Source: an uncultured bacterium (lineage in GTDB: Bacteria > AUK180). From it: a DNA stretch of 40,655 nucleotides. The DNA lies in NCBI GenBank assembly GCA_937863565.1, contig CALMGJ010000005.1, positions 1 through 40,655 of the forward strand, read 5' to 3'. The position numbers and the translations under genes are program-made. Shown in pieces: positions 24,172 to 33,568 of this stretch; position 1 is the first letter of the stretch; each line of letters starts with the position of its first letter. The notes below the pieces were generated by a model. The model was given only the letters and a program-made list of their open reading frames with translations. It ran no database searches and was not told the DNA's origin.

Positions 24172-25734
24172 TTACTTCAGGATAAAGAAGCTTATCTTAT
24201 GCGTAACCAGTTTATTGGGATCCGCAACGCCGGAACCGCCCATCATGGCATAGGCGGGAAGGAGAGCGGGAATGAGATCTTTCACGATATTGGGATTGTT
24301 CTCGTTAAGCTGAACTCCCCAGTATATCCCGTAATTGATCCCCATCGTCTCGGAGAAATGATACACGAAATTGAAATTGGCGCTGAGGTTCGAAAGGAAA
24401 GGCACCGTAGTGATGGATTCTTCGCTGCTGTCGGCTTCAATGCCCGTACCGGGTGTCGTGCCGGTATCATAATAGATGCTTTCAGCGGAACCTGAAACGC
24501 TCATCTTGGAGAATCCGGCAGCGAGAGTGAGTTTTCCGAGATTGACCTTGGCGCCGGCCCGGTAGACGATGATGAAGGCGTTGATGTTCATTTCTTGCTC
24601 AACGACATCGGGATATGTCATATCGTAATATGTAAGACTGTCCACGCCTAGAGAAGGCATCATGAGAACGAGATCTGCACCGAATTCCACCTTGTCATTG
24701 TGATACCAGATGCCGGGACCGAATGTAAAGATCACGCCGCTTATATCGTTCATCTTGAGATCGCCCATGGTCCCTGTCTCATATACGACTTCGCCGGAAA
24801 GCGAATCCATCATAAGGACAAGACCCCCGGTGAAGTTTTCGCTTTTCATGTATCTTACCACGCCGTTGATCCTGATCCCGTTCATATTGACATGCATCCA
24901 GGGATTCGAATCTTTATCATCTATGTAAGAATCGGGAACTTCGACATAATAACCGTCATCGGAAACGCCGCTATTGTTCCTTTCCCAGTATGAATAGGCG
25001 GTCAAATGTCCCACATTCTTGAAATTGAACATCTGGAACGAGAGTCCGGCGAGAAGAGTATCGAGATGGGAGATGAACCCGAGACCGAAAGTAAGGTCGC
25101 TCATATCAATTTCCATCTCCTGCGTATCGTCCTGCTCTAGAGGATCATCGGTCTTGCCTGGATAAACGCGGTAATAGTAATAGTTATTGGTCATGGAGAG
25201 GGTCTGAGAAAAAAAGGAGAAATTGAAGCCCAGGCCGAACATCCTTGAGAAAGCGAAACCGAGCTTGAAGCTGAGGTCCATCGGGAATCCGTTCTGAAAT
25301 TCGCCTGTTTCTAATTCATCAACATAGTCCGTACCGGGATTGGCCGTATCGTAATCATTGTCGCGGTCGTATTCGTTGGTATAGTTCAATAATGGGGATT
25401 TGAACTTCAGCGAGAAAGCCAAGGGGCCCATTCTCATCCGGCCTTTGAGCGCAGGACAGAGCACGGACAGCGTGTCGGTCATTGTTGTATTGTAGGCGTC
25501 CGCGTTATAATCCACGGGGGATTCCGATGTGGATTCGATCACGGTCGAGTTTCTCCAAAGATCGAAATCGAGAACGAATTCCATTCCTCCGGGATAGAAT
25601 GCAGCCGCAGCCGGCAGGAAATCCGCATCGTTCCAAGGGTCGCGTACAGCAATACCGGCACCGCCGAGCATTGAACTTCCGGCATTGGCGATTACCATAA
25701 GCATGATGAATAGTGTAGTCAAGAGTTTCTTCAT
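24172..25734 (-). CDS. Outer-membrane beta-barrel protein, FadL/PorV-superfamily-like
   Basis: Signal peptide, N-terminal MLGGAGIAVRD...FLPAAAAF resembling the GGAxxA...NPA hatch motif, alternating aromatic/Gly strands and acidic loops; monocistronic with an AGGAGG RBS. Confidence 0.7.
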   Translation of the reverse strand: MKKLLTTLFIMLMVIANAGSSMLGGAGIAVRDPWNDADFLPAAAAFYPGGMEFVLDFDLWRNSTVIESTSESPVDYNADAYNTTMTDTLSVLCPALKGRMRMGPLAFSLKFKSPLLNYTNEYDRDNDYDTANPGTDYVDELETGEFQNGFPMDLSFKLGFAFSRMFGLGFNFSFFSQTLSMTNNYYYYRVYPGKTDDPLEQDDTQEMEIDMSDLTFGLGFISHLDTLLAGLSFQMFNFKNVGHLTAYSYWERNNSGVSDDGYYVEVPDSYIDDKDSNPWMHVNMNGIRINGVVRYMKSENFTGGLVLMMDSLSGEVVYETGTMGDLKMNDISGVIFTFGPGIWYHNDKVEFGADLVLMMPSLGVDSLTYYDMTYPDVVEQEMNINAFIIVYRAGAKVNLGKLTLAAGFSKMSVSGSAESIYYDTGTTPGTGIEADSSEESITTVPFLSNLSANFNFVYHFSETMGINYGIYWGVQLNENNPNIVKDLIPALLPAYAMMGGSGVADPNKLVTHKISFFILK

Positions 25735-25758
25735 GGTTCCTCCTTAATTGACTATTTA

Positions 25759-25787
25759 ATTATAAAGTTTTTTTTCAAAAAAGTCAA
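25759..25787 (-). promoter_or_regulatory. Sigma70 promoter of the OMP gene
   Basis: TTGACT-17 nt-TATAAT. Confidence 0.8.
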
Positions 25788-25878
25788 TTTTTTTCGAGAG
25801 GAAAGTTCTTCTTCTTCGGATCATCTTCTATAAGATCTTAAAAAAATAGATGCGGACAGATCCGTTTCCCGGAAATGT

Positions 25879-25907
25879 TTGAAAAAATCCGGGGATTTTG
25901 TTAAAAT
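25879..25907 (+). promoter_or_regulatory. Sigma70 promoter of the efflux/ligase cassette
   Basis: TTGAAA-17 nt-TAAAAT with TGn extension; in-frame GTG 5 nt after the -10. Confidence 0.65.
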
Positions 25908-25912
25908 CAATC

Positions 25913-27172
25913 GTGAAAATGCGTTTATTTCTTATATCATTCATTGTAGGAATATCCCTTGTTCCGGCAAAAACCCTGGATTCGTTCTCGGGATACCTTA
26001 AAAGCGATATCGACTATATAGGACATTACATAGATATTGAGAAATGCGATACGGAAAGAAGCGAGATCTATGCCGCTAAACTGCCCCATATCGTTCTTGA
26101 CCTCAAGGCTACAGATTTTAACGGCGTGTATGATCTTAACAATTTTCAGGCGGTGTATCTTACTTATACATTCGACTTGGAACTTAATATTGCGAGGAAT
26201 ATCGAAGCCACCGCAACAGTGTTCCAGAATATCTACTCGGGAGAAAAAGTGTACGATGCTCTCCGGCTGAATAAACTCAGTAAGGAGATCCTGATAATGC
26301 AGAACGATGAAGTCCTTTTCAGGATATTCGGAAAATTCATATCTGATTATTTTTCGGTCCTTTCCAAGGAGAATGATCTTCTCATAGCCGAGAACAAGTA
26401 TAAGCAGGACCAGGAACATGCAAAGCTTGTTTCGGGGAAGTTCCCTCCGGACAGCGCTAAGGCATCCATAGCCGTTCTAAATATAGAGAATTCTAAAAAG
26501 AGCGCCGATATCCTTTATGTCGAATATAAGGAGGCCCTTGACCTTTTCCTGAAAAGGAGCGGAAGCGGGGATATCCCCGTTCTCGGGTTCATTATGGAGA
26601 ATCTCGATCTCGAAAGAGGGGATCCTTATCCCGTACGGATCGCAAGGAAGTGTGCGGAGATGATCGAGATACAGAAGGACCTGAACAGGGATGATTTCAA
26701 ACCGAAACTCGATGTCTTCGCTACATTCGGATATAAGGATAATGATATGAGCTCTTTGGAGGGCGGCAGCATGTTCGGCTTTCTTTTCACATGGAACATC
26801 TTCGACGGTATGCTGTGGGCATCGCGTAACAGAACGCTGGACAAAGAGATCGAAAGGGTGGAGGCGAAGATCGAGGACGATGAAAGGACGATGAAAGAGA
26901 AGATCGCGTCTTTGGCCATTTCCCTGAAGAGCTATTCGTCGATCAGCGATAATCTGACGGAGCTCAATTCCTTGTACCGCAAGGACCTCGAATCTGTGAA
27001 GAAGCTGATGAAGGAAAAGCGCCTGTCGATGACAGATTTCCTTCAGGAAGAGGAGAAATACCTGCGCTTCAGGGAGAGTTCTTTAAAAACACAGGCAGCG
27101 ATCGCGATGAAGATCGCGGAATATTATTATCTTACCGGGAAGTTCGATGAGATCTGGAGCGTTATCAAATGA
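25913..27172 (+). CDS. TolC-family outer-membrane efflux protein
   Basis: Signal peptide, two repeats with LPHIVL...FQNIYSG and FKPKLDV...TWNIFDG, helical C-terminus YYYLTG. Start is GTG 25913 or ATG 25919. Confidence 0.85.
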   Translation: MKMRLFLISFIVGISLVPAKTLDSFSGYLKSDIDYIGHYIDIEKCDTERSEIYAAKLPHIVLDLKATDFNGVYDLNNFQAVYLTYTFDLELNIARNIEATATVFQNIYSGEKVYDALRLNKLSKEILIMQNDEVLFRIFGKFISDYFSVLSKENDLLIAENKYKQDQEHAKLVSGKFPPDSAKASIAVLNIENSKKSADILYVEYKEALDLFLKRSGSGDIPVLGFIMENLDLERGDPYPVRIARKCAEMIEIQKDLNRDDFKPKLDVFATFGYKDNDMSSLEGGSMFGFLFTWNIFDGMLWASRNRTLDKEIERVEAKIEDDERTMKEKIASLAISLKSYSSISDNLTELNSLYRKDLESVKKLMKEKRLSMTDFLQEEEKYLRFRESSLKTQAAIAMKIAEYYYLTGKFDEIWSVIK

Positions 27173-28254
27173 AGAAGAAAATACTGCTGGGGATCGGGAT
27201 CATTGCCGTTTGCGCCGCTCTATACCTGATAGTAACGGCAAAAAAATTCGAAGTGTTCATTGCGGACGTGACAAAAGGGGACATTGAGGACGAGATAACC
27301 CTTTCAGGTCATGCCGAACCGGTGAATCTGAAGCGTTATTTCTTCCCCTTTGCCGAAGGCACGATGCTGGCCGTTAAAAATGTCGGAACGAAAATTAAAA
27401 AAGGCGGCGCTTTGTTCTCCGTCCATTCCAAGGAAGCGGAAGCGCTCTACCATAGTTCGAAACTTGCCTATGAGGCGGCCAAATTGAAACTTGACAATCT
27501 CACCATCGCCTTGAACAACATGAAAAGGCAGCTGGAGCTTGGGATCGTACCTGAGGACGAATACAATATAAGCCGCAACAACAGGGATATCGCTTCCAAA
27601 GAACTCGAAGCGGCAAGGCTCGATCATGAAAGGAGCGCGGAACTGTACAGGGAGATATGTCCCGCTGCCGATTTCGACGGTTATGTGCTCGATATGGCGT
27701 TCACGAAAGGTCAGAGGATCTACAAAGGCGATTATATAATGGCCTTCGGTGATCCTGGAGAAATGATCGCGGAGATATTTTTAAATGAATTCGACCGCAA
27801 TAAGATCAAAGAGCTGATGCGCATTGAAGTGCGTTTCGATTATCTTGAACGCGCGGTCTTCCGGGGAGAGCTGATCGATGTTGCCGACATTTCTATCATC
27901 GACCAGTTCGGAGCCAATCTGTACAGGGCAAGGATAAGGATCAATGAACCCGATGCAGGGATACTCCTCAATTCCAAATGCGAAGTGAAGTGTTTTCTTA
28001 ATTCTTATCGCGACAAGTATCTCATGCCGGCTCAGGCACTGATCTCGAAGGACGGAGAACATTTCGTATGGGGCGTGAAGGGCAGAAGGGCTTATCTCAT
28101 TCCGGTAGAATTGAACGGCATCGTGAAGGGTAATGCGGTCCTCAATACCTTTGCCTACGAGCATGTCATTACCGACCCGTTCAGCATAAAGACCGGGAAA
28201 AAGAGAATCACGGTCAAAAAGAGAAAAAAGAGTGAAGGCCTCGGATTATTTTGA
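27169..28254 (+). CDS. Periplasmic adaptor/membrane fusion protein (MacA/HlyD family)
   Basis: N-terminal TM helix, GDIEDEITLSG, lipoyl halves (VGTKIKKGGALF; ADFDGYV...KGQRIYKGD) around an alpha hairpin, MPAQAL. Confidence 0.9.
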   Translation: MKKKILLGIGIIAVCAALYLIVTAKKFEVFIADVTKGDIEDEITLSGHAEPVNLKRYFFPFAEGTMLAVKNVGTKIKKGGALFSVHSKEAEALYHSSKLAYEAAKLKLDNLTIALNNMKRQLELGIVPEDEYNISRNNRDIASKELEAARLDHERSAELYREICPAADFDGYVLDMAFTKGQRIYKGDYIMAFGDPGEMIAEIFLNEFDRNKIKELMRIEVRFDYLERAVFRGELIDVADISIIDQFGANLYRARIRINEPDAGILLNSKCEVKCFLNSYRDKYLMPAQALISKDGEHFVWGVKGRRAYLIPVELNGIVKGNAVLNTFAYEHVITDPFSIKTGKKRITVKKRKKSEGLGLF

Positions 28255-29434
28255 CATAGCGCGGGACGCGATCCTGACCAACAGGTTACGGTCGTTTCTA
28301 ACCGTTCTTTCTATAATCGTAGGCGTATTTACCATTATAGTCCTTTCCGCGGTGAGCCATGCTGCAAAAAAGGAAGTGCTTTCCTCCATCGAAAAGATCG
28401 GTTCGAAGCTCATCTTCGTTATGGCGGGAAAAGTTACGAGCATAAGTCAGGCGGGAAGGAGCAATATCGATCTTGACTGGAAGACCGTCAGGGAAATAGA
28501 GCGTATCAACGGTATCAGTGAAGTCCTTCCCCAGATCGGAACATCTTCCATCGTATCGCTGAAAGGCATAGATCTTAATACTTATGTTTACGGGGTCAAT
28601 GAGCATTTCATGAGCGTAAGGGATTATGTACTTTCGGAAGGGGTCAATTTCGAGAAGATCGATATTGATAATATGAACGCCGTCTGCCTCATCGGACACG
28701 GTGTTTTCAGGAGATTATACCAGGGAGAATCCATGCTCGGAAAAACCCTTTTCATCGGAAAGAACGGCGTGCCGGTGAAGATCATCGGCATCCTGACCGA
28801 GAAAGGACATAATTTCACCGTGGACCAGGACGACAGGATCTACGTACCGATCAGTTTCTATCAAAAAAGGCTTTTCAATACCGAGCAGATCTCCGTTATC
28901 TACATAAAAACGGAGAGCGAGGCGATGATCGAGAACATAAAAACGGAGATAGAACATATCCTTCAGAAGAATTTCAAGAAAGAGGCGGAGAATTTCACCG
29001 TGCGCTCACAGGGGGAACTTCTTTCCACATTATCGTTCATTTCCAACACCTTTTCCGTTCTGATCCTTCTGATCGCTCTCATCTCTCTTCTTGTAGGCGG
29101 AATAGGCATCATGAACGTGATGCTGATAGCCGTGAATGAAAGGATGCACGAGATCGGTGTACGGAAATCATTGGGCGCCAGATCCTCCGAGATCGAAGTG
29201 CAATTCCTTCTTGAGGCCGTAATCCTGACCATCATCGGCGCTTTTGCCGGCCTTGCCTTTGCTTTCATCGCGCAGTTCTTACTGGTCTTGATCGTGGATT
29301 GGGATTTCTATTTCCCGTTCCGCATTGCGGCGCTTTCCGTCGTGATCAGTATTCTGATCGGGCTTTTTTTCGGATACTATCCCGCTAAAAAAGCGGCAAG
29401 GGTCTCCCCCGCCGAGACATTAAGGGCATTGTGA
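28232..29434 (+). CDS. MacB/FtsX-family ABC permease (no fused NBD)
   Basis: NRLRSFLTVLSIIVG, ISLLVGGIGIMNVMLIAVNERMHEIGVRKSLGA and GYYPAKKAARVSPAETLR. Confidence 0.95.
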   Translation: MKASDYFDIARDAILTNRLRSFLTVLSIIVGVFTIIVLSAVSHAAKKEVLSSIEKIGSKLIFVMAGKVTSISQAGRSNIDLDWKTVREIERINGISEVLPQIGTSSIVSLKGIDLNTYVYGVNEHFMSVRDYVLSEGVNFEKIDIDNMNAVCLIGHGVFRRLYQGESMLGKTLFIGKNGVPVKIIGILTEKGHNFTVDQDDRIYVPISFYQKRLFNTEQISVIYIKTESEAMIENIKTEIEHILQKNFKKEAENFTVRSQGELLSTLSFISNTFSVLILLIALISLLVGGIGIMNVMLIAVNERMHEIGVRKSLGARSSEIEVQFLLEAVILTIIGAFAGLAFAFIAQFLLVLIVDWDFYFPFRIAALSVVISILIGLFFGYYPAKKAARVSPAETLRAL

Positions 29435-30699
29435 TGATGTTTGGCGTGATAGCTGAAAAATACATGTCCTTCCGTGGCTCCAGGCGTTTTATCGAGAGGA
29501 TGCAGTTTAAAAAGATAAAGAGGATTTTCGATCATGCGAGAAAGCACTCTCCGTATTATGCCGATCTCTTCAGAAAAGCCGGTTTGAAGGAATTGCGATC
29601 GTGGGATGATTTCAGACGTATTCCTGTCCTGACTAAAGAGGACCTTATCGAGCATTTCGACAGTATCATGATCAAGGATTACCCGGGTGTTTTCGTGAAG
29701 ACATCCGGTTCTTCGGGCCAACCCTCCGTTATCCTTAAAGATATGAAAAGCATAAAACGGACCCTTATCACCGGCCACCCTTTCTTCATATCCCATTATG
29801 CGGGAGTGAAGATCAAAAAGACAGCCCTCGTTCTTATCTGGGGAGAACAGTCCGTCGAGACAATGTTCTCCGAAGACATGGAACGGTTCTTCAAAACGGA
29901 GAAGATCGAGATCAATGCAGGAAAGAGAACGGAAGAGATCCTCACTGCGCTTGTCTCGGAAAGACCCGACCTCATCATCTCCTATCCCTCGGTATTCAAT
30001 GCCGTTTTCGAGCTGGCCCGTTCGGAAGGGATCTCCCTCGATTTCGTAAAACTCCTCGTGCTCTCCGCCGAGACCATCAACAGGAACCGCCTACTGGAGC
30101 TGGAGGATTCGCTTGGCTGTATGGCGCTTGACGCATATATCTCAACGGAGGGCGGGCTCATGGCCATCGAGGTCCCTGGGCATGACGGATTCCTTCTTAT
30201 GAACGACAATGTTTACCTTGAAGTGAACGACGACAACGGTGATCCCGTTTACGAGAAAGAGGGGAATGTGGTCATCACTGAACTTAATAATTTCGCCACG
30301 CCTCTTCTCAGATACACGGGACTTAAGGACCGCGCCGTGATGTCGGTGAACGTGAAAGGGAAGAAGTATCTTAAACGCATTACGGGAAGGATGATCGATT
30401 CTGTGCTTACAAAGAACGGAGAGGCCATCTGCCCGTACGCCGTGACAGAGTTCATGGAGGAATTCAGGAGCGATATATCGAAATTCCAGGTCATTCAGGA
30501 ATCGCCTGATTCCTTTCATATCAAGTGCGTTATCCGGAATGACCCGGGAGGATATTCCGAAGGCGGGGAGGGATATGTCCGCTTAAAAAGAGGGTTGGAA
30601 CGTTTCGTTTCTCACGGGATCCTTCTCAGGGTCACGGTATCCACCGCTGAAGAAATGGATGGAGATATTCCCTTCAGGGTTGTGAAGAGGCTGTTTTGA
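29431..30699 (+). CDS. Phenylacetate-CoA ligase/F390 synthetase-like adenylate-forming enzyme
   Basis: HSPYYADLF, IPVLTKEDL, TSGSSGQP (A3), YISTEGG (A5), GNVVITEL.N.ATPLLRY and ITGR. Confidence 0.88.
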   Translation: MMMFGVIAEKYMSFRGSRRFIERMQFKKIKRIFDHARKHSPYYADLFRKAGLKELRSWDDFRRIPVLTKEDLIEHFDSIMIKDYPGVFVKTSGSSGQPSVILKDMKSIKRTLITGHPFFISHYAGVKIKKTALVLIWGEQSVETMFSEDMERFFKTEKIEINAGKRTEEILTALVSERPDLIISYPSVFNAVFELARSEGISLDFVKLLVLSAETINRNRLLELEDSLGCMALDAYISTEGGLMAIEVPGHDGFLLMNDNVYLEVNDDNGDPVYEKEGNVVITELNNFATPLLRYTGLKDRAVMSVNVKGKKYLKRITGRMIDSVLTKNGEAICPYAVTEFMEEFRSDISKFQVIQESPDSFHIKCVIRNDPGGYSEGGEGYVRLKRGLERFVSHGILLRVTVSTAEEMDGDIPFRVVKRLF

Positions 30700-31628
30700 G
30701 ATTCGAGATCATCGGGGAGGATCCCGGTTTAGAGAAGCTTCTTCTGGAACTCGAAAGCAGTTCATCTCAAGGGGATATCATTACGGTCCGTTTCGAGAAG
30801 ACGTCCTTCTTTTTCAAGAATACGATCTTCCATTCCGATTGCTTTGTCGTTTTCGACGATGAGGACAAGGTTGCAGGAACCGTCTCGATAGGCACCAAGT
30901 ATTTTCGCAAGGGAGAGATGCTTTACAAAGGCGCATATATCCATCTTCTCCGGATCAGAGATGATTTGAGGAAAAAGAACATCAAGGAATTCTCCGCTGT
31001 ATACATTGAAGCTGTAAGGAAATTCATCCGGGAGAAGTTCGATTTCGTGTACGGGTATATTAAATGCGATAACAAAAGTGCAAACCTTTTTGCAGAAAGG
31101 CGGCACTATCCCGTTCTGCAGAAATTAAAGATGTACATGCTCCCCGCGATAAGACCGATCGACTCGCGCGAGGCCGGAACCGGATTCCCCGTAGAAGCGG
31201 TGAAGCCCCGGGGATTCAGACCCGATAACGGCGCATTCCTGGATCTTGGCGGGATCGTTTTCTCGGAATACGATCCGTCTTCGCACATTAAGATCAAGGT
31301 TGATAAATATCCGGCAATACTGGAACCGGCATCTGTTCTTTTTTTTGGGAGAGAACCGTTGAAACGGTTCAAGATTGCGGGAAGAAGGTTATCATACAAA
31401 CTGGTACAGATCGTCGAATGTCCCGATAAAGCGGCAATGAAACGTTTTATAGCATACGAGAAGAGTATCTGTTACGGGAACGGAGTACCGTTATTGGCCG
31501 TGATCAATAGAACGGGGATACCGGTTTTTTCGCCGATCAGCATGGAGATGAACCTGCGTTTGAAGATATTGAACCCGGATCTGATCCTTACGGGAGAGGA
31601 TTTTATTCACGATGTCGCCGATTTCTGA
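30696..31628 (+). CDS. GNAT-fold acyltransferase-like protein (310 aa)
   Basis: KVAGTVSIG, AYIHLLRIRDDLRKKNI (motif A-like) and YGYIKCDNKSANLF (motif B N..A); coupled to the ligase stop by a TTGA overlap. Confidence 0.7.
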   Translation: MRFEIIGEDPGLEKLLLELESSSSQGDIITVRFEKTSFFFKNTIFHSDCFVVFDDEDKVAGTVSIGTKYFRKGEMLYKGAYIHLLRIRDDLRKKNIKEFSAVYIEAVRKFIREKFDFVYGYIKCDNKSANLFAERRHYPVLQKLKMYMLPAIRPIDSREAGTGFPVEAVKPRGFRPDNGAFLDLGGIVFSEYDPSSHIKIKVDKYPAILEPASVLFFGREPLKRFKIAGRRLSYKLVQIVECPDKAAMKRFIAYEKSICYGNGVPLLAVINRTGIPVFSPISMEMNLRLKILNPDLILTGEDFIHDVADF

Positions 31629-32895
31629 CCGGCGGCTTCTTTCTTAAGAAAACAGCGCATTCGATATGATACGTTCTCGGGAACATATCGAAGCATATCA
31701 GGTTATCTATAAAATAATTGCTTTTTATAAAGTATTTCAGGTTATCGAAAAATGCGGGAGGATTGCAGGATACATATATCAAAAAAGGACTTTTCATGGA
31801 TGCCATGTTCTCGAATATGAAGGCCGGCGGATTTGTCCTCGGAGGGTCCGCTATGATAAGCGACGGCGAGATATGCCTGAACTTCAAATATTTCAAACCC
31901 GTTGAAATGCTTTTGTTGTAGAAAGCCGTAGCGGGACGACCGCTGAACATGCCTTTTCCGTCAGATACCGCAGATGCGGATCTTTCCACCATAAAGAGGT
32001 CCTTGAATTTGTCCTTCACCGCATAAGAGAAGAACCCGGCGCCGCTGTAGAGGTCCACAAGCGTTCCTCCGATCTCCTTCAGTGCGCAGTAGTTCTTAAC
32101 GCTGTCCAGCATCAGTGCGGCAGTTCCCCTGTTCGCTTGAAAGAAGGTGGAGGGATAGATCCTGTATATGGAACCGCCGCATTCTATGTTCACTTTCCGG
32201 CCGAAGGATACCGCTTCATCTTCGCCGGGAAAGGAAACAGAATGGCAGATCATGCCGGCGCGCCGGGCGATCTCGCCGGCGGTTTCTTCCGCTCTTCGGC
32301 CCGGTTCTCTCACTATGAGATTGATCCCCGTTCCGTTATCCCCTGCGATTAATTCTATCTCGCTCACAAGAGAAAGCCCGCGCAGCCCTTTCAAAAGACC
32401 GTTCAGAACCGGGATCTTTTCATTAATTCCGGGAGCGCATACGGGACAGCTGTCCACTTCGATCAGCCGATTGGTCTTGTATTCGGAATAAGCGAGCTTT
32501 TTACCGGGGCCGATCTTGAAGCGTGCCCTTATACGGTACCCCGTATGTTCCTTTGATGGTACAAAAAAGTATTCGTCGACTTTTAAAGATCTTTCTTCTA
32601 AGATCTCCTTTATGAGCCCGTTCTTCAGATCCGTTTCATCGTTATAGGATATGTCGCCGAAATTACATCCGCCGCATCTGCCGAAATGTGGACAGAAATC
32701 CTTTTCTTTCCTGAGCGGGGACCTCTTGATAAATGATCTGATCTCAGCTGTGGAATAATCCTTTCTGGCGTTTATTATCTCCACGTCCACACGGTCACCC
32801 GGAAGACCGAACTCCACGAGCACCTTCTTGCCGCCCGGTTCCTCCCCGATCCCGTAATTGCCGTATGCCCGTTTCCGGACATCAAGGGTTATCAT
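31603..32895 (-). CDS. rlmD: 23S rRNA m5U methyltransferase (RlmD/TrmA family)
   Basis: TRAM-like N-terminus, CPHFGRCGGC [4Fe-4S] motif, FFQAN, DLYSGAG, DPPR, YVSCNP and DMFPRTYHIE. Confidence 0.92.
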   Translation of the reverse strand: MITLDVRKRAYGNYGIGEEPGGKKVLVEFGLPGDRVDVEIINARKDYSTAEIRSFIKRSPLRKEKDFCPHFGRCGGCNFGDISYNDETDLKNGLIKEILEERSLKVDEYFFVPSKEHTGYRIRARFKIGPGKKLAYSEYKTNRLIEVDSCPVCAPGINEKIPVLNGLLKGLRGLSLVSEIELIAGDNGTGINLIVREPGRRAEETAGEIARRAGMICHSVSFPGEDEAVSFGRKVNIECGGSIYRIYPSTFFQANRGTAALMLDSVKNYCALKEIGGTLVDLYSGAGFFSYAVKDKFKDLFMVERSASAVSDGKGMFSGRPATAFYNKSISTGLKYLKFRHISPSLIIADPPRTNPPAFIFENMASMKSPFLIYVSCNPPAFFDNLKYFIKSNYFIDNLICFDMFPRTYHIECAVFLRKKPPVRNRRHRE

Positions 32896-33568
32896 AATCG
32901 AACAGGCGGCCGTGGTTTTTAAGAATATCCTTGAAAAGGATGCTTTCAGGAACAAAGATCTGAGGCATGGTCTCTTTCAGAAGATATCGTCCGCGCCACT
33001 TGAAATCGGCTCTTTCAATGCCGGCGAACACGAGTTTGTGTTTTTCATTCTCCGCACCAGGGAAAGAGAGCTCCCCTATTTCCCCTCCGTCGTCTCGTGT
33101 GATATACCCCTCCGTTCCGGACAGAGGATATTTTTTATACACTTTGCCTTCCACGACGATATTGCCGCATGGTTTTTTCACAGCGTTTTTAATGCGAACA
33201 TCTATGAATTTGATGAGCGGCCACGGCTTCCCGCATTCCAGATACTTCTCCCTTTCCGGGAACAGGATATAGCATTTTTTCCCTTTCTTGATCAGAAGGA
33301 TCTCCCCGGCGGCAAGCGGAGTGTTGAGTCTGGGTTGGATCTTCTTTATAAAAAAATATTCTTTCTTCTTCCTTCTTTCATAGCGGACGAGAGCCTTTAC
33401 ATCTATCACGCCGCCGCGGATCTGCGTATATTCGAACCGGCCTTCTCCTGCCTTATACATCTGCTTGTACGTAACCTCCGGGATGACGATCTTAAAACCG
33501 GTTTCCTCGAAGCACGCAGCGCAGAAAATAACGGGAATGAGCAGAAATAATGCAGTCAGTCTTCTCAT
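32882..33568 (-). CDS. Hypothetical basic lipoprotein
   Basis: Signal peptide ending FCAA-C, beta-rich; overlaps both neighbours in the operon. Confidence 0.65.
   Translation of the reverse strand: MRRLTALFLLIPVIFCAACFEETGFKIVIPEVTYKQMYKAGEGRFEYTQIRGGVIDVKALVRYERRKKKEYFFIKKIQPRLNTPLAAGEILLIKKGKKCYILFPEREKYLECGKPWPLIKFIDVRIKNAVKKPCGNIVVEGKVYKKYPLSGTEGYITRDDGGEIGELSFPGAENEKHKLVFAGIERADFKWRGRYLLKETMPQIFVPESILFKDILKNHGRLFDYDNP

Noticed and set aside
25830-25855. Possible att-like direct repeat (TCTTAAAAAAATAG) resembling the rlmD 3' end (TCTTAAGAAAACAG, ~31642-31655)
   Set aside because: The match is short, AT-rich and imperfect, as expected by chance, and no integrase is present.
28190-28260. 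Frameshifted or hidden ABC ATPase between the MFP and the permease
   Set aside because: The genes overlap directly, leaving no space, and no Walker motifs appear in the translated frames provided.
32896-32955. ORF-track N-terminal extension of RlmD
   Set aside because: It overlaps the upstream lipoprotein gene extensively; ATG 32895 gives a normal TRAM-domain start.
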